DNA from: Minisyncoccia bacterium
GTDB lineage: Bacteria > Patescibacteriota > Minisyncoccia > Phycocordibacterales > Zambryskibacteraceae
Direction: 5' to 3'
Assembly (NCBI GenBank): GCA_041742965.1
Contig: JBGTNQ010000004.1
Span: 716-64,715 of the forward strand
Length of the DNA: 64,000 nt
The position numbers were made by a program, and so were the translations under genes. The stretch's first letter is position 1. Each line of letters begins with the position of its first letter. Positions 49,308-59,548 of the stretch are shown here, one piece after another. The notes below the pieces were generated by a model, which saw only the letters and a list, made by a program, of their open reading frames with translations, was not told the origin of the DNA and searched no databases.

Positions 49308-50524
49308 TAAATACTATCTACAAGAGAGTAGGTCGGGGCAAGCATTGAAATGGCGAATAAGCCAACACCCGCCCCAATAATAATCATAAGAATTGGCTCT
49401 ATTATGGTAGAAAGATCTTTGGTTTTTTGGTCCACCTCATTCTCATAAAATGCAGCGACATTCAAAAGCATTTCCGAAACCTTGCCGGTTTCTTCACCCA
49501 CCCCCATCATCTCTCCAACAAAAATCGGATACAGATGACTATTTTCTACAAATATCGATGACATCGGCTCGCCCTTCTCAACATTGAGTCTTGCTTTTGC
49601 TAATACTTCTTTATAAAAAACATTTTGAACAACATCTTCAGTGACAGAAAGGGCCACCACAACATCGACGCCGGAAGACATGAGGGATGAGAGGGTCCGT
49701 GCGGTACGAGCAGAATTAACTTCTTTCACAATATTACCTATTACTGGAATCTTGATGGAAAACTTATTAAAAAACCTCTTCCCAGTAGAACTTTTGAAAA
49801 AAGCAAAAAAAGCCAAGGCTATAACTAATACCGAGGAAAAGAAAAGAAGAAAGCTGGTCCTCAAAAAATCACTCACAAAGATAATCACTCTCGTTGAAAG
49901 AGGTAAATCAATACCAAGCCCTTCAAAAGTTGCGGTTAGAGTTGGAACCATATAAATCATCATCAGAATACCAATAACAATCATAAGAGATATGATTACA
50001 ACAGGATAAATCATGGCACCTCTAACTTTTTTTAATATTAAGTAAGATTTTTCCATTTGCATGGATACCATCTTAAGAGAGCTGGCCAAGTTCCCAGACT
50101 CTTCTCCCGCTTTTACCATAGAAATAAAAAGTGGGGAAAAAATGTCTGATTTTTCTTCCATTGACTTACTCAAGGTATTGCCTTTACTGACAGAATCAAC
50201 GAGATAATTTAAAACTTCTTTCAATTTTTTGTTACGAGTCTGTTTTTCCATCACCTCCAAAGCTCTAGTGACCGGAAGGCCGGCCTCAATCATGGAACCA
50301 AGGTTTCTGGCAAAAACTATCTTTTCTGAAGTCTTTATTCGACCAAACATACTCCCAGTTTTCTTAAAAATCCGATTTCTTACTCCTGACTCTTCTTTTA
50401 CATATATGACAAACTGACCATCTGCTTTCATTTTTCTATAGAGAGCGAATCTGTCTGGCATTTCAATTTTCCCAGCACTAACTTCATTATTTTTTCCTAT
50501 TACTTTGTAGTTAAAAATGGGCAT
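49307..50524 (-). CDS. pilC: type IV pilus platform protein PilC/GspF
   Basis: MVKAGEESGNL, AMIYP, VGEETG, IIEP. Confidence 0.93.
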   Translation of the reverse strand: MPIFNYKVIGKNNEVSAGKIEMPDRFALYRKMKADGQFVIYVKEESGVRNRIFKKTGSMFGRIKTSEKIVFARNLGSMIEAGLPVTRALEVMEKQTRNKKLKEVLNYLVDSVSKGNTLSKSMEEKSDIFSPLFISMVKAGEESGNLASSLKMVSMQMEKSYLILKKVRGAMIYPVVIISLMIVIGILMMIYMVPTLTATFEGLGIDLPLSTRVIIFVSDFLRTSFLLFFSSVLVIALAFFAFFKSSTGKRFFNKFSIKIPVIGNIVKEVNSARTARTLSSLMSSGVDVVVALSVTEDVVQNVFYKEVLAKARLNVEKGEPMSSIFVENSHLYPIFVGEMMGVGEETGKVSEMLLNVAAFYENEVDQKTKDLSTIIEPILMIIIGAGVGLFAISMLAPTYSLVDSI

Positions 50525-52284
50525 TAAATTTCAGATGTTACGACCCTCAAGACTTCCTCTATCGTTGTTATACCTTGAACAGCTTTAAATATACCGTCCT
50601 CTGCCATTGTAAGCATTCCCTCTTTCTTGGCTTGATTCTCAAGCTCCTGAGTTGTTACACCCCTCATGACTAAATCTCTAATAGTTGGAGTAACCTTCAA
50701 AACCTCGTGAATACCGATACGACTCTTATATCCATCTTCACTATCAGCACTTGGTTTTGCTTTATACATAGGGATTTTATCCCATGTGGCATTCTTATCG
50801 ATTACTTTTTCTTCTCTTAGAAAAGACAACACCCTTTCTAAATCAATCACCTTATTAAGCTGAGCAATTTCTTCCTTAGTCAAAAAATATTTTTCCTTTG
50901 TGTCAGACAGGCGACGAATCAGCCTCTGTGCAATTATTACCGAAAGTGTGGATGTGAGGAGAAACGGCTCAACCTTCATATCAACCAATCGCGCTATGGC
51001 ACCGGCCGCTGAATTAGTGTGCAAGGTTGAAAGAACCAGGTGACCAGTCAGGGCGGCGTTCACCGCTAGTGCGGCGGTCTCTGTGTCGCGAATCTCCCCC
51101 ACCATTATGACATCGGGGTCCTGACGCACCAAAGTACGCAAACCTGTCGCAAAAGTGAAGCCAATTTCAGACTTCACCTGTGTCTGATTCACTCTCTTCA
51201 TCTGATATTCTATTGGATCTTCAATAGTAGAGATATTTACATCTGGTGTATTTAAAATATCAAGCATTGTATATAGAGTGGTCGTCTTTCCTGAGCCAGT
51301 CGGACCTGTAGTCAAAATCATACCGGTAGAGAGACGCGCTGCTTTGTGAAGTGTCTCCAAGCCCTCACCGTGAAAACCTAGACCTTCAAGAGTAAACCCA
51401 GAAACCCCTTCTCTCAAAAGACGCATAACCGTTTTTTCTCCATAATAAACTGGCAGAGTAGACACACGGAAAGAAACCTTCTCTTGATTCATTTCAATTT
51501 TGAAACGACCATCTTGAGGAATTCTTTTTTCATCCAGCTTCAGATTTGAAAGCACCTTAATACGAGCAGTGATGCCACTAGCAACATTTTTAGGTAGTAC
51601 CATGGCGTCATGAAGTATGCCGTCAATACGATACCTGACCACCACCTGTGTCTCCATTGGTTCTATGTGTATGTCAGAGGCATCTTGAATTATGGCGTGC
51701 TTCAAAAGCGTGTCTACGATACGAACAACTGGCACATCTTCGGCTAATTTTTTCAAATCATCCTCGCTTACTTCGTCCCCTCCCATTTTGTCAGCCACAG
51801 CCTTCAGTGCAGAAGCCTCTTTTTGAATAATATCCCCGAATTCTGCCTTCAGACTCTTTTGATAATTCAAAAGAGCACTCTTCATTGACTCTCCATCAGT
51901 TAGACGGGGAAGTATTTTAAGTCCCGTCTTTTTTCTTACAAAATCAATAGCAGCCAAATCCTCGGTATCAAGCATTGCTACTTCAAGACTCTCATTTACT
52001 TTCCTGAAAGCCACAATATTGTGGTTGCGAGCGATTGGCTCCGGAATCATAGAGAGTATCTCAAAATCCATGTGTTGACCCTTGAGGTCAACAAAAGGAA
52101 TACCCAGAATATATGCTTGCATACGACGGAGGTCGTCTTCGGTAATGCTTCCCTTGTTTACCAAGATTTTACCAACGCTTATTCCAGACTCTTTTGATTC
52201 TTTCTCAGCCTTGGTAATATCAGCCCGGGACACGAGTCCGGAGTCAAGAATAAATTCTTTTAGCTGTGTTTCTTCTATGTGCAT
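50524..52284 (-). CDS. pilB: type IV pilus assembly ATPase PilB/GspE
   Basis: ASDIHIEP, PQDGR, GPTGSGKTTTLY, RQDPDVIMVGEIRD, TGHLVLSTLH. Confidence 0.95.
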   Translation of the reverse strand: MHIEETQLKEFILDSGLVSRADITKAEKESKESGISVGKILVNKGSITEDDLRRMQAYILGIPFVDLKGQHMDFEILSMIPEPIARNHNIVAFRKVNESLEVAMLDTEDLAAIDFVRKKTGLKILPRLTDGESMKSALLNYQKSLKAEFGDIIQKEASALKAVADKMGGDEVSEDDLKKLAEDVPVVRIVDTLLKHAIIQDASDIHIEPMETQVVVRYRIDGILHDAMVLPKNVASGITARIKVLSNLKLDEKRIPQDGRFKIEMNQEKVSFRVSTLPVYYGEKTVMRLLREGVSGFTLEGLGFHGEGLETLHKAARLSTGMILTTGPTGSGKTTTLYTMLDILNTPDVNISTIEDPIEYQMKRVNQTQVKSEIGFTFATGLRTLVRQDPDVIMVGEIRDTETAALAVNAALTGHLVLSTLHTNSAAGAIARLVDMKVEPFLLTSTLSVIIAQRLIRRLSDTKEKYFLTKEEIAQLNKVIDLERVLSFLREEKVIDKNATWDKIPMYKAKPSADSEDGYKSRIGIHEVLKVTPTIRDLVMRGVTTQELENQAKKEGMLTMAEDGIFKAVQGITTIEEVLRVVTSEI

Positions 52285-52367
52285 TATATTAAACCAACAA
52301 GTGACAACTAACGGCAGTATTGTTTTTACTCTCTAATTGTAGCAAATTAAATAAATCCGTTGTGCAC

Positions 52368-52411
52368 AAAACAACCCCGTCCTTCGACAAAGCTCAGGGC
52401 GGGGTTGTTTT
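52368..52411. terminator. terminator hairpin carrying a CCTTCGACAAAGCTCAGG module at its apex
   Basis: aaaacaaccccg-tccttcgacaaagctcaggg-cggggttgtttt. Confidence 0.7.
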
Positions 52412-52428
52412 AATTTCACAATTATCTT

Positions 52429-55400
52429 TTAAAACTCTTCGAATATTGGATCGAGTGCAATAATAATTGTACCCTGAGCGAAAGCTGTTCCTTCATTACA
52501 GCTAACATCAACCCTTATTGTTTTTGAACCGGTAGTAGAGTATGCCATGTTGAAAGTGCTACCGGTTGGAGCTGGAGAAGTTGGAACTTCTGTTCCAGAC
52601 CAAGTATAAGTACAATTTGTGCCACCCACTACGGTTGCAGACCAAGGAACATTCTGACCCACGCCAGCCTTTGATGGACCATTTATTGTAATAGTAGGGG
52701 CCGCTGGATTAGAAACAATCAAATTAAAGAACGTTGTCTTATCTAGGGTACCAGGAGATGTTCCAGTAACTGTGATCGGATGAGTCCCAGGAGGAGCCGT
52801 AGATTGAACAGTGAAAGTGGCGGTACTAGGACAGGTTGGATTTGGACTACATGATGTTGGAGCAAAAGAGACACTTACCCCAGAAGGTAGTCCTGACGCG
52901 GACAAACTAACTGCTTGTGTCGTCCCTTGAATATAGTTTCTTGTAATGGTGTTTGAACCATTAACTGCAGACGAGCTCTTTGTAACAGAAATATTTCCTG
53001 AATTTGAAAGACTGTAATCAAAAGCTGGACCAGAAACAGTCACTGTCGCACTAGCGGGCGTAGTTCCACCAGGACCAGTACAAGTCAGGGTGTATGTGGT
53101 GTTGCTTGTTGGAGAAACATTTTCTGAACCACCAGTGGTAAGTTTACTTCCACTCCAACCGCCGGAAGCAGTACACGATGTAGCATTAGTTGATGTCCAA
53201 GTTAAAGTTGAACTCTGCCCACTTGTGATAGTGGTTGGAGAAGCGGATAGGGAAACACTAGGTGCCGTTATTGCCAATGGAAACAACTGAGTTTGAGGAA
53301 TAATCTGTTTGGCAGTTGAAGGGCTCGCCCATGAAAGCTGAGCTGTTGCTCCTCCAGTATTTTCATAGTACTCCATTACAATATTGTATTTCGTACCACC
53401 AGTAAGAGTGACAGGCGCTGAAGATACTTCTGTGGGGGCCTGGTCAACCCACCGACTTATTATCTGACTGCCGTTTACCCACAACCGAGTGCCGTCATCA
53501 GTTCGAGTATAGAAGGTATAGCTTTCAGAACACCTTGCCTCTATCTGACCTTCCCAACGCACAGAGAAAGTATCGGGACCACCAGCGCGATTTGTACCAA
53601 GAAAATCTGCTGGATCAAAGTTTATAGTTGAATCAACATATTGACCCATAAGAGTATTGAATGATATTCCATCATAATATGTACCTCTAAGACCGGTTCC
53701 TGCGCCAGCAGAAACACAAGTAGAAGCTGTATAATTAACTGTAAACTGTTTCGTCTGACCACCAGCAATATTTAATGAATTACCGCCATCACTACTGGTT
53801 ATAGAAGAAACTACATATGAAGCGGGGGATGAATTTGAAGTCAGAGAATATGTTCCAGCGGGAACAGTATTTGAAGTACCAGTATAACCTCCTGGATTAA
53901 TCACCCAAGAACCACCGGAGGCACCATTTTCTACTACATTTATCACCCCAGTTGCTGGTCCAATATTAACCCTGAAGGTATCAACTGCGGTCGTTGTGCC
54001 GTCATTACAGCTTATTCCAAAGTCTGTCGGATTAACGCTAAGTGGCCCTAGCCCCGGTGCTGTATTCAATGTTCCACTACTTCCATAACTTCCAACCCAC
54101 CAACCGCCAGTAGCCGTACATATAGTACCAGCAAGATTTGGCCCAGTACTTGACCACTGTAGATTCACATAGCTTCCGGAAGGAAGTGTTATGGATTGAA
54201 CATAGCTTCCAGTACCATGCTGTCTTCCTGTAAGATCTACAGTCAATGAAGCGCACGCCGAGGAAGATGTCGTCCAAGAAGTATTGGAAGATAAAAGAGA
54301 ACTTCCAGCAGCATTGAATGCCCTGACATTATAGTAATGAGAAGTACCTGGAGTTACAGTGTCTGTATATGATGTGCCAGAACCTGAATATATAGGAGTA
54401 CCTCCGCCGTCTCTGTAAATACTATAGCTCGTAGCTCCTGCTACTGAAGACCAAGTAATATCGATTCGACCACCGCAAGTTGAAGAAGTGGACGCGTTTA
54501 TTGTCGGAGCATTAGGTACTCTCTGTGCAAAAACCGTATCACTTACTGTTCCTCCGCCAGAAAGATTACATGTTATTGGGTAAGTTGTTCCAGAAACGGA
54601 AGGATATTGGGGATGAGAACTTGCAAGAGGGCCGGCAGAACCATTCACTCCAACTCCAGAATTTACAGGGGCACCAATTGAACAAGAGGTTGTGTTTGAA
54701 GATGACCAGTTGTACCAGAAGTTTTGCAGGATTCCAGACACATACCCCAAATAAACAGGTCCGTCAGAGAAAGTGCTTCCATTATTACTTGCCTTTATGT
54801 CAACAGAACCTCCGACAGGACATGCGCTAGGAGCAGTGGCGGGAACAGAACTCGAATAAACAGATGAACCGTATGCATTTGAAGCCAAAACTGTATAACT
54901 GTGACTTGAATTGGCTACTAAACCGGTGTGAGAAAACGAGGTAGATGGACCTGTGTATATGTCTGTTGAACCGTCACGAAGGGTATAACTCGTAGCACCA
55001 GGAGAAGCATCCCAAGACACATTTATAGTTCCTGTTCCACAAGAACCACTTGGTATTGCTGTAAGCCCCGTTGGGGTGGCTGGTACAACATTTACAGTAA
55101 CACTGTCGCTAGGGCCATTGCCACCACTGTTACTACAATAAATACTAAAAGTAGTGGATACAGTTAGAGGTCCCGTGGACTGACTGTTTGATGAAGCAAA
55201 GCCCTTCCCTCCTGTCCAGTTTGAATTGCCCTGATTATTAGAAGCGGTGCAAGATGTTGGCGAATTACTAGTGGTCCAAGTTAAATTAGCGGAAGTATTA
55301 TATGTAATAGATATTGGGCCATCAGAGCTATTGGCTTTTATGTCTACATTTGGTAGCCCAACAGCATCACAGGTATAATTAATAGTAAATTGCTTTGTCT

Positions 55401-56064
55401 GACCATAAGAAACATTTAAAGAATTGCCACCGTCTGTGCTAGAAACAGAGTATCCAGTAGCGCCTCTAGGTGTAGTATTAACAGTCAAATTATATGTACC
55501 CGGTGATACCGTATTGCTTGATCCTGTATAACCACCCGGATTAACTGTCCATGTGCCACCACTAACACAGCCGGCCGTTGAAACAATTATTGTTGCTGGA
55601 GAACAATTCACGTCAACATATGTGAAATCCTCGGCTGTTTCTGCGTAACCAGGGGCTGGCCCACTACCATAATACTGTAATGTATATCCGTGAGGATATC
55701 CGGGAAGACTATCTGGAACACCTGAGTCGACATAGCTATTACTAACTCCTTGGAAAAACCCCAGGTCAACATAGTAACCCTGCCATCTATATAATTTAAA
55801 CCAAGCAGTATCACCATCGGTAATCAATGCGGGATTAAAATTCGGCGAAATACGAAAAGAGTTACAGCTGAGTGGAGTTACCACCGTCTCACCTCCAGCA
55901 AGAGCTATATTTATTGGAAATGCTCCGGTAAGTGAGAGTAATAAAGAAAAAATTATAGATAAAAAAACAATCTGTCGCCTCCAAAGAAGGGTGCGCATTT
56001 CTGTAGGAAAAAAAACGATTCTTGAAATTTTTTTTAACATAATAGTATTTAGAAGTCGTTTCAC
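52429..56064 (-). CDS. large secreted adhesin-like protein (FN3, PA14, Ig/PKD-like repeats)
   Basis: Signal/TM; FN3 (PATPTGL..WDASPGATSY..YTV); PA14 (GLRGTYY..FSVRWEGQI..TDDGTRLWVNG..MEYYENTGG); Ser/Thr/Gly-rich with paired Cys. Confidence 0.85.
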   Translation of the reverse strand: MKRLLNTIMLKKISRIVFFPTEMRTLLWRRQIVFLSIIFSLLLSLTGAFPINIALAGGETVVTPLSCNSFRISPNFNPALITDGDTAWFKLYRWQGYYVDLGFFQGVSNSYVDSGVPDSLPGYPHGYTLQYYGSGPAPGYAETAEDFTYVDVNCSPATIIVSTAGCVSGGTWTVNPGGYTGSSNTVSPGTYNLTVNTTPRGATGYSVSSTDGGNSLNVSYGQTKQFTINYTCDAVGLPNVDIKANSSDGPISITYNTSANLTWTTSNSPTSCTASNNQGNSNWTGGKGFASSNSQSTGPLTVSTTFSIYCSNSGGNGPSDSVTVNVVPATPTGLTAIPSGSCGTGTINVSWDASPGATSYTLRDGSTDIYTGPSTSFSHTGLVANSSHSYTVLASNAYGSSVYSSSVPATAPSACPVGGSVDIKASNNGSTFSDGPVYLGYVSGILQNFWYNWSSSNTTSCSIGAPVNSGVGVNGSAGPLASSHPQYPSVSGTTYPITCNLSGGGTVSDTVFAQRVPNAPTINASTSSTCGGRIDITWSSVAGATSYSIYRDGGGTPIYSGSGTSYTDTVTPGTSHYYNVRAFNAAGSSLLSSNTSWTTSSSACASLTVDLTGRQHGTGSYVQSITLPSGSYVNLQWSSTGPNLAGTICTATGGWWVGSYGSSGTLNTAPGLGPLSVNPTDFGISCNDGTTTAVDTFRVNIGPATGVINVVENGASGGSWVINPGGYTGTSNTVPAGTYSLTSNSSPASYVVSSITSSDGGNSLNIAGGQTKQFTVNYTASTCVSAGAGTGLRGTYYDGISFNTLMGQYVDSTINFDPADFLGTNRAGGPDTFSVRWEGQIEARCSESYTFYTRTDDGTRLWVNGSQIISRWVDQAPTEVSSAPVTLTGGTKYNIVMEYYENTGGATAQLSWASPSTAKQIIPQTQLFPLAITAPSVSLSASPTTITSGQSSTLTWTSTNATSCTASGGWSGSKLTTGGSENVSPTSNTTYTLTCTGPGGTTPASATVTVSGPAFDYSLSNSGNISVTKSSSAVNGSNTITRNYIQGTTQAVSLSASGLPSGVSVSFAPTSCSPNPTCPSTATFTVQSTAPPGTHPITVTGTSPGTLDKTTFFNLIVSNPAAPTITINGPSKAGVGQNVPWSATVVGGTNCTYTWSGTEVPTSPAPTGSTFNMAYSTTGSKTIRVDVSCNEGTAFAQGTIIIALDPIFEEF

Positions 56065-56090
56065 TTTTAAAAGGAGTTTAATATTTTAAT

Positions 56091-56642
56091 TTAGTTATTT
56101 TCTGTATAACTTATTTGCACCACCGTCTCGCCATTTAGAGAAGAAGCAACAACTAGAAGTGAATCGCCATTTTTTGTTCCGTTAAGGGCGTGATTTCCCT
56201 CATCTCTTCCATTTTCAGCAAATTCAAAACCTGCTCTAGTCATATAATCCAGATATTGATTATATTTTTCTAAAGCAGTGCTTGTTGTGGTGTAATTGAC
56301 AGTATGGACAGTTATTGGGACTGGTCTGTCGGTATAGACTTTTGTATCGCTGACTGTAATGGTCTCCAGCTCAACAGGAATATCTCTAGGGAAACCTTCT
56401 GGTAGTTTTTCTGCGTCTGTTTGAGCATTATTTATATCAACTGCATTAAGAAAAACGCTTTCTTCTGTAACATCACTCCCTTGCCCATCTAGATTATTGC
56501 CAGAGCGTCTGTCCTTACCAACAATGGAAAATAAGACAAAGATAAGTAGAAGGGCAACGAAAGCTACGATTATTGAAACAATACTCTTATCAAATTTGCC
56601 TGAATTAGTTCCATTTTTTGACATTTGTTCTTGTGGTGGCAT
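56091..56642 (-). CDS. hypothetical membrane-anchored protein
   Basis: Single TM then LPEGFPRDIPV motif. Confidence 0.7.
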   Translation of the reverse strand: MPPQEQMSKNGTNSGKFDKSIVSIIVAFVALLLIFVLFSIVGKDRRSGNNLDGQGSDVTEESVFLNAVDINNAQTDAEKLPEGFPRDIPVELETITVSDTKVYTDRPVPITVHTVNYTTTSTALEKYNQYLDYMTRAGFEFAENGRDEGNHALNGTKNGDSLLVVASSLNGETVVQISYTENN

Positions 56643-56977
56643 ATTAAAAAATATTAAATTACTAAAATAAAAGAGAATTGTTGATATTCTATCATAAAAT
56701 TGCCCTGCTTAATGAATTAAGTTATACACATAAGGGTTGCACAGAAATCCCAATTAGATAATCAAAAAGATTCAAAACGCAAGATTATAGCCCTGAAAAA
56801 TGTCAGTAATATCTTCCGAGATTAAAAAATCTATTATACCTGAAGTCAATATATTGACTCGTATGCGATAACGCTTGACTATGTAGACAGAGCTAACGAG
56901 GTTACTTTGTTTAGCGCACCTTGACACACCACATATTCCTCTAGGTCTAAAGCCAGAGGATTAACAGAGGAGGTATT

Positions 56978-58384
56978 ATGGAACGCATTGGATTTAACCG
57001 CCTTGGACAAATTTTGTCCATTCGGGTGGTCGTGGTCGCATTGGTATTCGCAACATTGGTTTCCTGCAAGAGTACTGGCTTCGTCGACCCACCCCCAGAA
57101 GAGACCTTGACCGTCTCCATCGTCTCACCGTCATCCTCAAATATCCAACAAAATGGATGGCCAGATAGCCAAGTAGAGTTGCAGGCTGAAGCCAGAAGTT
57201 CTGTTGGCGGTAGAATAACCAGCCCTTCCCTCATCACATGGAAAAAGGCTGGGGCAGTGATCGGTAGTGGTCAGCTGGTCTCTGTATCATTTGAAAACGG
57301 AAACCATGAGGTCTGCGTTGTTGTGAAAAGCGCGATCAACCAAGGTTCTGAAAAAGAGGTCTGCTTGTCATTTGTCGTCACCCCAGCCCCACCGATCACA
57401 GTTGAGCTCGTAACATCAGCGAAGCTTGGCGTCATAAACTGCCAGAACTTCAGGGCCTATGCCCAGAGGGGCTCTGTTGCCGATTCGGCTGACTTCAATG
57501 TCAACTGTCGGGCAGAAGTGTCTCCAAGACTTACCCTTCTCCAAGACACCAACAGGGTCAATGTCTGGTTTGATGCCAAGAACACATCTAACCGTAGCCA
57601 CTACCCTAGTATGGCGTCTGTGGCGAAGGACTCTCTCAAGGTCAACCAAAAGTTTGTAGCCGGACCATTGGAGTACAGAATACACTCCGGTAAATGGTCC
57701 GACCAGACGATTGGTATTGACTTGGAGACAGCCTTCGCCATAAGTGCTGACGGTATTTTCTCTTTTTACCGCAGTTCAACAGTAGGAAGTAACTCAGTCT
57801 ACTACAGCATTGGTGGACGGCTTCCAAATGGGTTTCCCATCCAAATCACAGTGCGCAAAGAGTCTGGGCAAGGAGCATTAACCCCAACTGACACTGTCGG
57901 TTTTGGAAATGCAGTAACTGAGCTGTCAGAAGAACTCGGAATGCCTATGACGATGGTTTCACTTTCGGCCTCAGAAGTAAGTGGCTGGAATGGAATCTTG
58001 GCAATAGTCTCAGACACCATACCAATACCAGTAGGTAATACACAATGGGGCGCGAGCGGTGACATAATTGGGGGACGAATTATCGTCTCGCCAAACACAA
58101 TTCCGCACGCCTTCAAACATACAGTTAAACACGAGCTTGTACACGCCCTTGGTGTCGGCCATGTGTCACTATGGCCACCCGGTCTCATGAGTACAGACCA
58201 GAGTAGTATCAATGTGGGTAGCCCCAACTATGCGGTCCCTCAACCGCTAGAAACAGGCCACCTTTGGTTCATGTACGATATCTGGGAAGCCAAGAGGCAG
58301 TCTGGTGCACAATATGGCATTCCGAATATGCATCAGGCTTGGCGTGTGCTCGTTCTCAACCTCCCGTATCAGCACATCCGCTGA
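56978..58384 (+). CDS. putative lipoprotein zinc metallopeptidase (metzincin motif)
   Basis: Lipobox LVSC; Ig-like N-terminal region; HELVHALGVGH plus GLM Met-turn; AGGAGG SD. Confidence 0.75.
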   Translation: MERIGFNRLGQILSIRVVVVALVFATLVSCKSTGFVDPPPEETLTVSIVSPSSSNIQQNGWPDSQVELQAEARSSVGGRITSPSLITWKKAGAVIGSGQLVSVSFENGNHEVCVVVKSAINQGSEKEVCLSFVVTPAPPITVELVTSAKLGVINCQNFRAYAQRGSVADSADFNVNCRAEVSPRLTLLQDTNRVNVWFDAKNTSNRSHYPSMASVAKDSLKVNQKFVAGPLEYRIHSGKWSDQTIGIDLETAFAISADGIFSFYRSSTVGSNSVYYSIGGRLPNGFPIQITVRKESGQGALTPTDTVGFGNAVTELSEELGMPMTMVSLSASEVSGWNGILAIVSDTIPIPVGNTQWGASGDIIGGRIIVSPNTIPHAFKHTVKHELVHALGVGHVSLWPPGLMSTDQSSINVGSPNYAVPQPLETGHLWFMYDIWEAKRQSGAQYGIPNMHQAWRVLVLNLPYQHIR

Positions 58385-58562
58385 TCTTTAAATATTGTGG
58401 TGTTCACGATTTGGCCCCTGTGGCCAAACAACCCAGCGACATGTCGTTGGGTTGTTTTACCCCCAAAAAATTGATGTGTTTTACCAAGTCCCCCACTTAG
58501 TGTTATTTAATTTAAGATATACTGGCCATTAACCTCTGCCTGAAAATAACTATAAAAGTGAA

Positions 58563-58591
58563 TTGACAACAACTCTGTTTTCTTCTATACT
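58563..58591 (+). promoter_or_regulatory. near-consensus sigma70 promoter
   Basis: TTGACA-N17-TATACT. Confidence 0.7.
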
Positions 58592-58658
58592 ATAACCACA
58601 TCCAGGGCACTTCCGCCTTAGAGATGAAGATTGATCTTTTGAAAGGAAGGTGATTTGT

Positions 58659-58868
58659 ATGGACAACCGCAACCCTCATCACGCTGAAGGTTTCCGCACG
58701 TCAACAGTGACCAGGTACTTGCCAATCAAGACCTGCGTTGCGGTACGTATCGGAGAAACCGTCGATGTCAGGGACTCGAAACATGGTGACAGTCCAACCC
58801 TATCATTCACCCCTGCTGAATGGGATGCTTTCGTCCAGGGGGTCAAGAAGGGTGAGTTTGACATCTAG
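58659..58868 (+). CDS. DUF397 domain protein
   Basis: FRTST...CVAV...VDVRDSK...LSFTPAEWDAFVQGVKKGEF. Confidence 0.85.
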   Translation: MDNRNPHHAEGFRTSTVTRYLPIKTCVAVRIGETVDVRDSKHGDSPTLSFTPAEWDAFVQGVKKGEFDI

Positions 58869-58995
58869 GGATGCATCACCTGTGACGATTCACTCAAGTG
58901 GTAGACAGAGGACCCTCCTGTCTACCACTTTTGATAATAAGATAGTTCTAAGTATAAAAATTAACGCAAACCTAATTCTCAGTAACTTATATAAA

Positions 58996-59490
58996 ATGAA
59001 CAAATTTTATATCATCCCCGGATATGGCGAAACAACTCGTCGCAAGGAATATCAACTGCTCAAAAAAATTGCCCAAAGAAAAGGTTATTCTGTAATACCG
59101 AAAAACCCAAACTGGAAACAACCTATTACAGAACAGATATTTCCTGTAGAGAGTGATGCCATACTCTTCGGTTTTTCAATGGGCGCAATCCTCGCCTACG
59201 CGATTGCACTAGAATACCCATGCAAAAAAATAATTCTTGCTTCTATGACACCTTCAGATTTCTTTTCAAGTCCACTTCTTAAACAAGCTCTGGGAAGCAA
59301 AATGGTAAAAGATTTAAAAAAAATTGATTTTAAAAAGAAAAAGTCCAAAACCAAACTTATCCGACTCTATGGAGAAAAAGAGGTAAAAGATTTCCCCATT
59401 GGCATCTCTTTCAAAGTTGATTATCTAATCCCCAACTCACACCACGAATTAACAAAAGAATACCTAAAAGAAGTGGGGAAACAGCTATAA
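58996..59490 (+). CDS. small alpha/beta-hydrolase-like protein
   Basis: IIPGYGE, GFSMG nucleophile elbow, C-terminal His; start moved to ATG 58996. Confidence 0.7.
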   Translation: MNKFYIIPGYGETTRRKEYQLLKKIAQRKGYSVIPKNPNWKQPITEQIFPVESDAILFGFSMGAILAYAIALEYPCKKIILASMTPSDFFSSPLLKQALGSKMVKDLKKIDFKKKKSKTKLIRLYGEKEVKDFPIGISFKVDYLIPNSHHELTKEYLKEVGKQL

Positions 59491-59548
59491 AAACCGCACA
59501 AACTATAATCACCCTACGCCCTATATATAAGAGTGATCGTGTATGGGG

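Noticed and set aside
53760-55560. Diversity-generating retroelement TR/VR pair in the adhesin duplication
   Set aside because: Both copies are in-frame and diverged at many positions, not adenine-specific as far as visible, and there is no reverse transcriptase nearby.
58738-58995. 250-aa ORF overlapping DUF397
   Set aside because: It spans the DUF397 terminator; the hydrolase fold starts at ATG 58996.
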